Assembly (NCBI GenBank): GCA_049512075.1 | Contig: JBEKXL010000015.1 | Span: 1-57,684, forward strand | Length of the DNA stretch: 57,684 nucleotides | Direction of reading: 5' to 3' | From: Candidatus Bathyarchaeia archaeon | GTDB lineage: Archaea > Thermoproteota > Bathyarchaeia > Bathyarchaeales > Bathycorpusculaceae | In this document: positions 49,511-57,684 of the stretch, piece by piece | Layout of the letters: each line of letters begins with the position of its first letter | Numbering within the stretch: position 1 is the stretch's first letter | Notes under the pieces: generated by a model | The model's database searches: none | Told to the model about the DNA's origin: nothing | What the model saw: only the letters and a program-made list of their open reading frames with translations | Translations under genes and position numbers: made by a program

Positions 49511-49986
49511 GCTGTGTCCCGACCGAGGGCAACGAGGATTTTGACAGCACTCTTGACGAAAACGGTGCACTTCTTCTCAAACACGTGCTTTTCCTGAGCC
49601 TTCTTGCGCTGTTTTGCATCAGACAGGTCGAGTCCTATTAGTTCTCGACACATGACGCTTCTATTCTGTTTCTCAAACTGCCGATAGAATGTTTCGGCGA
49701 GTTCATAAGCACGTGATCGTTTTTCCGCTGAGGGCTCGTTTGTTCCATACTTTACCCCGATAGCCATCAGACCTCCAGTCAGAGCCCCACAAACTGAACC
49801 GCACCTTCCCATTCCTCCGCCAAATGCAGTGGCCACCTTAGGAATCAGTTCATTCTTACATTTCCAATGCTCAGCCATGGTCAGCAGAACACTCTGCGAG
49901 CAATTGTAGCCGTCGTCTCTGAAATGTCTCGTGGCCTTTTCACCAAGCGAGTTTGCATGATTCATCAGTTTCACACCCATCTTCAA
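49507..49986 (-). CDS. C-GCAxxG-C-C family putative redox protein
   Basis: YNCSQSV, FGGGMG..GSVCGALTG, CREL, C..FV. Confidence 0.88.
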   Translation of the reverse strand: MKMGVKLMNHANSLGEKATRHFRDDGYNCSQSVLLTMAEHWKCKNELIPKVATAFGGGMGRCGSVCGALTGGLMAIGVKYGTNEPSAEKRSRAYELAETFYRQFEKQNRSVMCRELIGLDLSDAKQRKKAQEKHVFEKKCTVFVKSAVKILVALGRDTA

Positions 49987-50061
49987 AGCCTAGCACCGAA
50001 GGCGTGCGCCCAGATATATCCTATGGGAACTGTTTTGTACCTGACAAATCTGGTGCGCAAA

Positions 50062-51117
50062 TTAGAAGTATTTCGGTATTTTTTTGATTGCGGCAACTGT
50101 CAGTTTCACGGTGTTTTCCACGTCGGTCAGACTGAGGAGCGATGTTGGACTGTGAATGTAACGCGTCGGTATGCAGATGCTGCAGCTCGGCACTCCCTCT
50201 CTCGCCAGAGAGATGCGCCCAGCGTCTGTTCCTCCCGCCAAGCCTGTTTCAAGCTGGTAGGGAATCTTGTTTTCCTCCGCGACTTCCGTCAACAGCCTCA
50301 AGACCTTCGGATGGGATATGTGCATCGCGTCAGCAATCAACAGCGATGGGCCTTTCTTGAGCTTCGTGGGAGCCTCAACTTCTTTGACCCCCGGGATGTC
50401 GCCAGCCACTGTCACGTCGAGCGCTAGTCCGACATCCGGGTATATTCCAAAGGCAGAGGTCGTTGCTCCTCTACATCCGACTTCTTCCTGCACAGTTCCC
50501 ACAGCGTAAATTGTGCACTCAGTCTTTTGCAAACGCTTCAGAACCTCTATCATCGCGGCGCATCCAACCCTGTCATCCAAAGCCTTGCCAATCACGATGT
50601 CCTTATTGATAGCGGTAAACTTCACGTCGAACACAACTGAGTCTCCGATTCTCACGCCCATCTTCTTGGCTTCCTCCTGACTTGCAGCCCCGATGTCAAT
50701 GAACAACTCGTCATAAGGGATGACTCTCTTGCGTTCATCTTCCTTCTGTATGTGCGGAGGCTTCGAACCTATTATCCCGTGCAGAGGCCCCTTCTCAGTG
50801 TACACCATCACCTTCTGCGCCAGCAAAACACGGTCGTCTATCCCGCCTATTTTCGCGAACTGAAGATACCCCTCTTTCGAAATCGTCTTGACCAGCAAGC
50901 CTATTTCGTCCATGTGACCAGCAAGCATCACTTTGGGCGCGGTCTTCACGCCTTCCTTAATCCCAATCACGTTACCTAGCTTGTCCTCTTTGACCTCGTC
51001 CACGCACGGCTTTAACAGTTTACGCATCAAACTTCGAACTTCTTCTTCCCTGCCTGCAACTCCACAAGCATTGCAGAGCTTTTCCAAAACCTCAACCGAC
51101 ATCATCACAGCCCTCAT
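50062..51117 (-). CDS. M42-family (TET) aminopeptidase
   Basis: AGHMDEIG, KALDDRVG, VQEEVG, GGTDAG, RYIHSP. Confidence 0.93.
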   Translation of the reverse strand: MRAVMMSVEVLEKLCNACGVAGREEEVRSLMRKLLKPCVDEVKEDKLGNVIGIKEGVKTAPKVMLAGHMDEIGLLVKTISKEGYLQFAKIGGIDDRVLLAQKVMVYTEKGPLHGIIGSKPPHIQKEDERKRVIPYDELFIDIGAASQEEAKKMGVRIGDSVVFDVKFTAINKDIVIGKALDDRVGCAAMIEVLKRLQKTECTIYAVGTVQEEVGCRGATTSAFGIYPDVGLALDVTVAGDIPGVKEVEAPTKLKKGPSLLIADAMHISHPKVLRLLTEVAEENKIPYQLETGLAGGTDAGRISLAREGVPSCSICIPTRYIHSPTSLLSLTDVENTVKLTVAAIKKIPKYF

Positions 51118-51217
51118 AATGAGTACCTAGAATTCTTGTGTTTCATATTAAACAATTGCGGTAATCCAGACCAGAAAGAAACAGACTCTAAACCAAACTC
51201 GCGCACACTGATCTGGA

Positions 51218-52015
51218 TTGACCTTCGCATCCAACCCTGAAAAAAGCGAAATCATGACGAAAGTCACCGTCTCTCACGCTCAAGCCTTTTCTACCGCTCG
51301 ACAAATTCTGAGTAGTGGTCTGATGCGCAAAACTCAGGCAGTGAGCCTAACTGCAACGTTTGCAGCCTTGCACGCAGTGCTCGCCTTCATCTCGCTTGGA
51401 ATTGGGCCTTGGCGCAACTGGGCGGTCTACCTAGAGCCTTTCGAAGGGATAATTCTTGGTCCACAAGTCGGCTTTTTCGCCGCCCTCATCGGCAGTTCAA
51501 TCGCTAGAATGGCTTGGCAAAGCAGCGACTGGATGTTCGGCGTGATAGCAGAGCCACTTAGCGTTTTGATGGCGGGATTTCTGGCCAAAGCCAAATGGAA
51601 ACCCGTTCTCGCAATTTACGCGATAATGCTTTCAGCCTATTTCATACATCCATATGGACGAGAGCTTCCACTCTGGACGGTATTGGACGTTCTGTTCGCC
51701 TTGCTCCTCATCTATCCCGCCGCGAAGCTAAGCCGCAACCTGTTCGGATCCGATGTTAAACGTATGTCGACCGCCCTTGCTTTGATATCCTTCACAGTCA
51801 TAGCCACTGACTCGCTCATCAGAGTGTTTCTACTCGTCCCAGCCGGCCTTTACAACATTTTTGTGCCCGATTATGTAACCCTTCGCGGGATGTTCATCAC
51901 GAGCGCGGGCTTCTCTTATCTTGAAGATTTCATTGCCGTTGCCGTATCATTCCTTGTGGGTGTCCCCTTGCTCGCCAGAATTCTCAAACTGGAACACAAC
52001 GACAAGCACGAATAG
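51218..52015 (+). CDS. Membrane protein, ECF S-component-like
   Basis: 'ATFAALHAVL...GIILGP..GFFAALIG'; about 7 TM; real start probably ~51323. Confidence 0.6.
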   Translation: MTFASNPEKSEIMTKVTVSHAQAFSTARQILSSGLMRKTQAVSLTATFAALHAVLAFISLGIGPWRNWAVYLEPFEGIILGPQVGFFAALIGSSIARMAWQSSDWMFGVIAEPLSVLMAGFLAKAKWKPVLAIYAIMLSAYFIHPYGRELPLWTVLDVLFALLLIYPAAKLSRNLFGSDVKRMSTALALISFTVIATDSLIRVFLLVPAGLYNIFVPDYVTLRGMFITSAGFSYLEDFIAVAVSFLVGVPLLARILKLEHNDKHE

Positions 52016-52103
52016 ACCCTCAATCAAGTTCTTTCTTGGTTCGAAGGAAAGCTTATGGCAATTCTTAAATGTTTAAGGTTTCAACTTTAGCGCGGGTGCA
52101 ATC

Positions 52104-53066
52104 TTGTCGCAACCACAGTTCAAGAAAGTGTTCATTTTTCTAGACACTGACAAGCACGCAAGCCCGTTTGACATACTGGCAACGATAGATGCTTTTCCAG
52201 AAGCCACGATAATGAAGTACGAAAACGTGACGGCCGAGGACGCAGACAAAATCCTTTACGACGCAATGTTTCCCCGAGGCCCGGAGGGAGCGAAAAACAC
52301 GAAGGTCTTCATCAACGGGCGTGACTTTGACCTCGCGAACGAGATTCTGGGCCGAGCGAAGAAATGCATGTTTCCACCGTTCGAACTCTCCGTGATTATT
52401 GACCCACGGGGAGCCTACACAACCGCGTCAGCCGCAGTTGCCAAGACCCTGAAGGTTTCGCTTGAGAGGAACCTCGGAACCTTGGAGAACAAGGAGGTAA
52501 CCGTGCTGGCGGGAACAGGCCCGGTCGGTCAAACCGCGGCAAGGCTGTACGCGTCTGAAAAAGCCAACGTCATCGTGACTTCACGCACGCTTCAGAAGGC
52601 CTCATCCGTGGCAGCGAAGATAAACGAAGAGTTCAAGAGCGAAACGGTCCACGGTCTCCAAGCTCAAACCTCCGAAGACGTTGGAAAAGCCATAGCAAAC
52701 GCGGAAATCATTCTTTCAGCTGGAGCAGCTGGAACTGAACTCCTCCCGTTGACCGTGCTCAAGGAAAGCGCGAAAAAATGCAGGATCGTCGCCGACATCA
52801 ACGCGATTCCACCACTTGGTGTCGCAGGCTTGGACTCCAACACGGACGGCAAGGAGATGCTGCCCGGCGTTTTCGGCATCGGCGCACTTGTCATCGGAAA
52901 ACTCAAGAACAAAATCGAAGTGGCGCTCATAAAAAAGGCTGCAGAAGAGCCTAATGGCATATTCGACTACAGAATGGCCTATGAATTGGCTAAGAAATCG
53001 ATAACCGAGAAGCGCGAGGACAAGAAAACCCCTAAGGCCGAGCCCAAGAAAAGTTGGCTACCTTAA
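52104..53066 (+). CDS. NAD(P)-dependent methylene-H4MPT/H4F dehydrogenase (MtdA/B-like)
   Basis: 'DTDKHASPFD', 'AMFPRGP', 'DPRGAYTTASAAV', 'VLAGTGPVG', 'DINAIPPLGV', 'GIGAL.IG.LK'. Confidence 0.82.
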   Translation: MSQPQFKKVFIFLDTDKHASPFDILATIDAFPEATIMKYENVTAEDADKILYDAMFPRGPEGAKNTKVFINGRDFDLANEILGRAKKCMFPPFELSVIIDPRGAYTTASAAVAKTLKVSLERNLGTLENKEVTVLAGTGPVGQTAARLYASEKANVIVTSRTLQKASSVAAKINEEFKSETVHGLQAQTSEDVGKAIANAEIILSAGAAGTELLPLTVLKESAKKCRIVADINAIPPLGVAGLDSNTDGKEMLPGVFGIGALVIGKLKNKIEVALIKKAAEEPNGIFDYRMAYELAKKSITEKREDKKTPKAEPKKSWLP

Positions 53067-53500
53067 GGCATAGCCTGCCTAATTCGCAGGGCGGCCGCAT
53101 CCAATTCCTTTCTGTCCGGTCTAAAACCATAGTCGGGACCGAACCTGATTCCGAAACCATCCCCTCTGAACCTTGGAATAACGTGCAAGTGGACATGCGG
53201 CACCTCCTGACCCGCAGCCTCACCGTCTGCCAGGTGCAAATTTACTCCCTCAACCTTCAATTCTGACCGCCTGAGACCTTGGGCAACTCGCATCGCAACC
53301 CTGAACACCTGAGCTCCCGTTTCTTCATCAAGCTCCGCCAAGCGTGACGCATTACCCCTCGGAATCACAAGCACATGACCCGAGTTAACAGGTTGAACGT
53401 CCATGAACGCCAAAATTCTCTCATCGGAATAAACTACACTTGTCGCAGTGACGTTGTCAACTATACGGCAGAAGATGCAGTCTTCCAATCCCAGCACCAA
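53063..53500 (-). CDS. HIT-family hydrolase
   Basis: CIFC, GHVLVIP, AGQEVPHVHLHVIPR. Confidence 0.92.
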   Translation of the reverse strand: MVLGLEDCIFCRIVDNVTATSVVYSDERILAFMDVQPVNSGHVLVIPRGNASRLAELDEETGAQVFRVAMRVAQGLRRSELKVEGVNLHLADGEAAGQEVPHVHLHVIPRFRGDGFGIRFGPDYGFRPDRKELDAAALRIRQAMP

Positions 53501-53632
53501 GGGAGACAGATTCCCCGCTGATTTATATGCTTCGCTTGTAGCATTCGCGCTTCAACCCGACTCTGAAAAACAAGGCCTGCCTGAAAGCGAAAGGAGTTTA
53601 AAGTTCAGCCAGCAAAGACTTATTGTCCGCTC

Positions 53633-54982
53633 ATGATTCGCCTGTGCTTTAACAAGGGTACAATTCTGTTGCGCGGGGAGGTTGGAACCCCGTACGGCAA
53701 GTGGGACCCCAGGGTTGAGTGTTACAGAATAAAAGCCATGCATTACTGGGACGCGTTGGCCTACCTGAAGGAAAGCAAACTAGCCTTTCAAGATGATGTT
53801 CCAAATCTGCCCCCAATTCAGCAATTGAATTCAACCGTAGAACTGCGACCCTACCAGAAAGAAGCCCTTGACAGGTGGCGCCACGCCAACATGCGGGGAA
53901 TCCTAATCCTTCCCACGGCCGCGGGCAAAACCTACGTGGCGTTGAAGGCCATAGGCCTCTTGAGAACGCAGACCTTCATCGTTGTCCCAACCCTAGACCT
54001 CATAGACCAATGGCGAAAACGGGTCGCGGAGCATCTGAACACGGAGGCTGGAGCCGTCGGCGGAGGCGAAAACACCGTCAGAATGATAACCGTCTCGACC
54101 TACGACTCGGCGTACCTCCAAGCAGAAACACTCGGCAACAAGTTCATGCTGATAGTCTTCGATGAGGTTCACCATCTGGCGTCGCCGAGTTATATGCAAA
54201 TCGCCGAAATGTACATCGCACCGTACCGCATGGGCTTGACGGCCACGTACGAGAGAAGCGACGAAAGACACTCACTCTTGCCACGGCTCGTCGGAGACCC
54301 GGTATACACTGTGGGCGTTGAAGAGTTGGCCGGAGAACACCTTTCACCGTACACGTACGAGAAAATGTTCGTTGAACTGACCCCTGATGAACAGCGAGCC
54401 TACGACGATGAGATGGCAACATTCAGACTCTACCTGAGAGAAAAGGGAATAGTCCTCAGAAGTGCCGAGGACTTCCAAAAGTTCATCATGGTCACCGGTA
54501 GAGACCACCGCGCGCGAGAAGCCCTTCTGGCCAGAAACCGCGCGTTGAAAATCGCACTCAACTCAGACGCGAAACTGGGTCTCCTGGGACGACAACTTGA
54601 AGCCAACAGAAACGAGAAAACGCTGATATTCACACTGCACAACGACCTTGTTTACACGATCAGCCGCAGGTTTCTGATACCAGCCATCACGTACCAAACG
54701 CCGAGGGAGGAGAGAAGAGAAATCCTGGAAAACTTTCGAAAAGGCGAGTACAAAGCCGTAGTCACGTCTCAAGTTCTCGACGAGGGCGTGGATGTCCCGG
54801 ACGCTTCGGCAGGCTACATACTGAGCGGAACGGGAAGCACAAGGGAATACATCCAGAGACTGGGAAGAATTCTTAGAAAAGTGGAAGGAAAAAGAGCTAA
54901 GCTCGTGGAATTCGTCTCAAAAGAGACCGTGGAAGTGGGAATAAGCCGCAGACGACGGCACAAGAAGGCAACGGAGGACTGA
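53633..54982 (+). CDS. xpb: XPB/Rad25-like SF2 helicase
   Basis: LRPYQ, PTAAGKT, DEVHH, GLTAT, DEGVDVPD, QRLGR; adjacent to a DUF790 gene. Confidence 0.88.
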   Translation: MIRLCFNKGTILLRGEVGTPYGKWDPRVECYRIKAMHYWDALAYLKESKLAFQDDVPNLPPIQQLNSTVELRPYQKEALDRWRHANMRGILILPTAAGKTYVALKAIGLLRTQTFIVVPTLDLIDQWRKRVAEHLNTEAGAVGGGENTVRMITVSTYDSAYLQAETLGNKFMLIVFDEVHHLASPSYMQIAEMYIAPYRMGLTATYERSDERHSLLPRLVGDPVYTVGVEELAGEHLSPYTYEKMFVELTPDEQRAYDDEMATFRLYLREKGIVLRSAEDFQKFIMVTGRDHRAREALLARNRALKIALNSDAKLGLLGRQLEANRNEKTLIFTLHNDLVYTISRRFLIPAITYQTPREERREILENFRKGEYKAVVTSQVLDEGVDVPDASAGYILSGTGSTREYIQRLGRILRKVEGKRAKLVEFVSKETVEVGISRRRRHKKATED

Positions 54983-54985
54983 ACC

Positions 54986-56539
54986 GTGCTTCCAAGCGAA
55001 CTCCTCGCCGTGTGGAAAAGGAAAGGCGACATATGGCCAAGGTACGCAAGAGCGACCGAAGACAGTCTGGAAGTCGCAAACAGCCTGATCAACGCTTACA
55101 AAGATCACGTAGGCGAAAAGAAGAGCGTTCTGAAAGCGTTTGCCAGCGAACTTGAGGACAAAGGATACGAATACCGTTTTGTCAGAGGCCTCGCCTATCT
55201 CCTGGACAGAAAGGGCACGTTCAAATGCAACGAAGGAATCAACCCTGTGGAGTTGAGGCGTAGAATTTTTCAAGCAACAGAAGAGCTTGGGCTGGCAACG
55301 ACCCCGGAGCGAAGGAGGAGAATAGTCGAAACCGTAGCCTCAGAACTGAAGGTAAGGTCTGAGACTGTTGACGAATTCCTCTACGCCGATCTCGACAGTG
55401 AACTGGTCCTTGAAGAATTCGAGCCGCTCGCGCCGGACGAACTGCTGAAAGAGTACAACCTCAGCCTGACGCAGACACTTCTCTTCGACTCCACAGAGCT
55501 GAACTTCACGGCCTCGGGTAACTGGCAGCGAATATTCTATGCCGTAAAAAGGCTTGGGTTAATCTACGAAGTTTACAAGGACGGCAGGTTCTGGGTGAAA
55601 ATAGACGGACCTGCCAGCCTGTTCAAACTCACCAGAAGATACGGAACGGCGACAGCCAAGCTTCTTCCCACAATCATCGCAAACCCGGAGTGGACCGTTG
55701 AAGCAAAGATATTGTGGAGATACACGAACGAGATATGCAGATTCAAACTTGAAGGTTGGAAACACCGTGCAATGCTAAAGAGCCCTCAACAGCCAAAAGT
55801 CTCCTACGACAGCGCGGTTGAACAGGACTTCGCCGAACAGTTTCAAGGCCTAAAAACAGGATGGCAGCTGAAAAGAGAACCCGAACCAGTTCCTGCGGGC
55901 AAACAGGTCATAATACCAGACTTCTCCCTGGAGAAGGAAAGCGTCAAAGTGTACATGGAAATAGTCGGTTTCTGGACACTCGAATACCTGCTACGCAAAA
56001 TGGAGAAACTCAAAAAGGTCGAGGCAAACATGCTCGTAGCCGTCAACGAAAACCTGGCCTGCGAAAAACTCGCCAACCTAGAGAAAAACGCGCAACTCAA
56101 CATAATATATTATCACGACAAAATTCCGTTAGCCCCGGTTCTCCGCTATCTGGAAGGAGCGTTTCAAACCGTTCAAACAAGACAAACGGGACTGTTGAAA
56201 AGCCTCTCGGTAATATTCACTGAACCCTTTGTCAACTACGAGGAGTTTGCGGCCAGAATCGGCGTGTCCACCGAGGCAGTGAAGGAAGCATTGACCGAGA
56301 AGCCGCCTGAAGGCTACACGGCCATGTCCGACGGCTTGGTGAGAAGGGACAAGCTCGAACAAATCAGAAGGAAAATCGAAGAACAACTGGGCCCGACAGG
56401 CCGACTGCCCTTGCCCGATGCGATAAGAATCATTGAATCAGAAGGAGTGGCGGACGCAACCAAGTCGCTCGAAGCCCTCGGATACAAAATAAACTGGCAT
56501 GGAATCAATGCTGAAGAAGCTGAAGTTGCCAAGCTCTAG
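54986..56539 (+). CDS. bax1: Bax1 / DUF790-family endonuclease
   Basis: 'MLPSELL', 'YNLSLTQTLLF', 'IDGPASLF', 'YDSAVE', 'IPDF', 'EIVGFWT.EYL.RK'; classical XPB partner. Confidence 0.85.
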   Translation: MLPSELLAVWKRKGDIWPRYARATEDSLEVANSLINAYKDHVGEKKSVLKAFASELEDKGYEYRFVRGLAYLLDRKGTFKCNEGINPVELRRRIFQATEELGLATTPERRRRIVETVASELKVRSETVDEFLYADLDSELVLEEFEPLAPDELLKEYNLSLTQTLLFDSTELNFTASGNWQRIFYAVKRLGLIYEVYKDGRFWVKIDGPASLFKLTRRYGTATAKLLPTIIANPEWTVEAKILWRYTNEICRFKLEGWKHRAMLKSPQQPKVSYDSAVEQDFAEQFQGLKTGWQLKREPEPVPAGKQVIIPDFSLEKESVKVYMEIVGFWTLEYLLRKMEKLKKVEANMLVAVNENLACEKLANLEKNAQLNIIYYHDKIPLAPVLRYLEGAFQTVQTRQTGLLKSLSVIFTEPFVNYEEFAARIGVSTEAVKEALTEKPPEGYTAMSDGLVRRDKLEQIRRKIEEQLGPTGRLPLPDAIRIIESEGVADATKSLEALGYKINWHGINAEEAEVAKL

Positions 56540-56625
56540 CAACCATTATCATCAGCATGAACGATTTTATAAGTCAAACGTCACCATACTGAAATTCAAC
56601 AGTCCTGCTCTAAGGAAGTGAGCAA

Positions 56626-56937
56626 ATGGATGGAGCAAAGGCCGAATCCAAACGCGTTTCCTCAAAGAAAAAAGAGCGATTGTGGTTTGACGAGCTGAGC
56701 ATGAAGGAAGCAGAAACTAGGGCCAAAGGGGGAAGCGTTGTCATATTTCATATTGGAAGCGTCGAAGAACACGGAGATCATCTGCCGCTCTGCACGGACA
56801 GCCTGCAACCCGAGTTCGTGGCGTTAGAAGTGGCCAAGAAAACAGGTTGCCTCGTTGCGCCTCCGCTACGGTACGGTGTCTGCAACTCTGCCCGTGGTTT
56901 TCCAGGCACCGTTTCAATATCTCAGAACCAAGTCTGA
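56626..56937 (+). pseudogene. Creatininase-family amidohydrolase, C-terminally truncated
   Basis: 'IGSVEEHGDHLPLCTD' and 'FPGTVSI' present, but the later NGHGGN / D-x-H-A-G..E motifs are absent; stop lies 2 bp before GCGCGCGC (56940-56947). Confidence 0.8.
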
Positions 56938-56939
56938 CA

Positions 56940-56947
56940 GCGCGCGC
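56940..56947. repeat. GCGCGCGC junction site
   Basis: Same octamer as in the left accessory region, in the context TGACAG-CGCGCGCGTA-TGACAG. Confidence 0.8.
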
Positions 56948-57088
56948 GTATGACAGACCAGCTCCGCCGTTGTTGTTTGTGCCAGTGTTGGGATTTTACT
57001 AAAGCCGCTAATCCGTTCAATTTTTGACCCTGAGCACAAGCGGTTAGGTCTGGAAGACACAAAAAAAGGGAGGTTTGTTTTCACCAGT

Positions 57089-57684
57089 TCAGTGTTGGAA
57101 TCCAGCGTTGATTTCCGAAGGTGGGTCTGGCGTGTTGTAGCTGTAGTTGCCCCAGTACCAGCCGTAGTGTTTGGCCAGTGTTGCCAGGTCGGGCAGGCCG
57201 ATGACACCTGATGGCGCAGCTAAGTCGGCTCCTGGCTGCCATGAGTGAGGACCCGCTGAGATTGGTACTGTTGAGGGAGGTGTTCCGACTGTTCCATACG
57301 CTTTCGCAAGCATGCTAAGGTCGGACAGGCCTACCCTGTAGTATCCACCCGATGGCTGTGCATCAGCATCGGCATGGAGCCACGTGTACCTGAAGCTTAT
57401 TTCGCCAGGCACAGGTTTCATCCAGAAGCCTGACGAAGCGTCGAGGGTTACGCCTCCGCCAGGGCTCTGCATTGATACAGAGTTTGTGCTGCCCGGTCGG
57501 TACTTCCAAGGGCCTGTGCCGACCCATACGTAGTCCATTCCGTGGGCCGGGTCTTGGAGTTGCGACAGCGTGAAGGGTGCGTCGGCTAGGATGTTGCCGG
57601 ATACCGCGGCTTGTCCTGGCCATAATCCGTGGAGGCCATCTGTTGCTGAGCCTTGTTCAGCCAGGGTCAAGTTGTTGGGTACTA
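57089..57684 (-). CDS. C-terminal part of a secreted protein (ABC solute-binding-like) with dockerin-like repeats; runs off the window
   Basis: 'WVGTGPWKY' and two dockerin-like motifs 'VGLSDLSMLAKAYG' / 'IGLPDLATLAKHYG'; T-tract terminator at ~57060-57067. Confidence 0.7.
   Translation of the reverse strand, partial: VPNNLTLAEQGSATDGLHGLWPGQAAVSGNILADAPFTLSQLQDPAHGMDYVWVGTGPWKYRPGSTNSVSMQSPGGGVTLDASSGFWMKPVPGEISFRYTWLHADADAQPSGGYYRVGLSDLSMLAKAYGTVGTPPSTVPISAGPHSWQPGADLAAPSGVIGLPDLATLAKHYGWYWGNYSYNTPDPPSEINAGFQH

Overview
Archaeal chromosomal segment, most likely Bathyarchaeia. This is inferred from gene content (archaeal EF-2, EndA, RtcB/archease, XPB-Bax1, AfpA, an intron-containing tRNA, a Cren7-like protein, a secreted protease fused to a KaiC-like domain), not from a database search. 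About 21.5-56.5 kb is mostly housekeeping: mtnA-endA-hisS, NOP2/NIP7, P-type ATPase, EF-2, mtnP-apt, tRNA-Gly(TCC) with a 29/30 intron, rtcB, archease, M42 peptidase, Mtd, XPB-Bax1. About 1-21 kb, 25.4-28.3 kb and the right end are accessory patchworks of unrelated single genes, IS elements and pseudogenes. The main signal is that these patchworks are punctuated by the palindromic octamer GCGCGCGC. I counted 15 exact copies by eye against roughly 0.5 expected, and 14 lie between genes or at gene-truncation points. One complete 1110-bp IS is flanked on both sides by this octamer, a second IS remnant ends at it, and three genes break off at or beside it. Several copies are fused to a TATA-like extension, and one GC-bounded block contains unrelated genes each headed by a copy of the same ~33-bp promoter/leader repeat. 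Together this suggests an integron-like, possibly transposase-driven gene-cassette landing-pad system. No integrase is present in the window, so the mechanism is inferred. All product calls are from motif recognition only.
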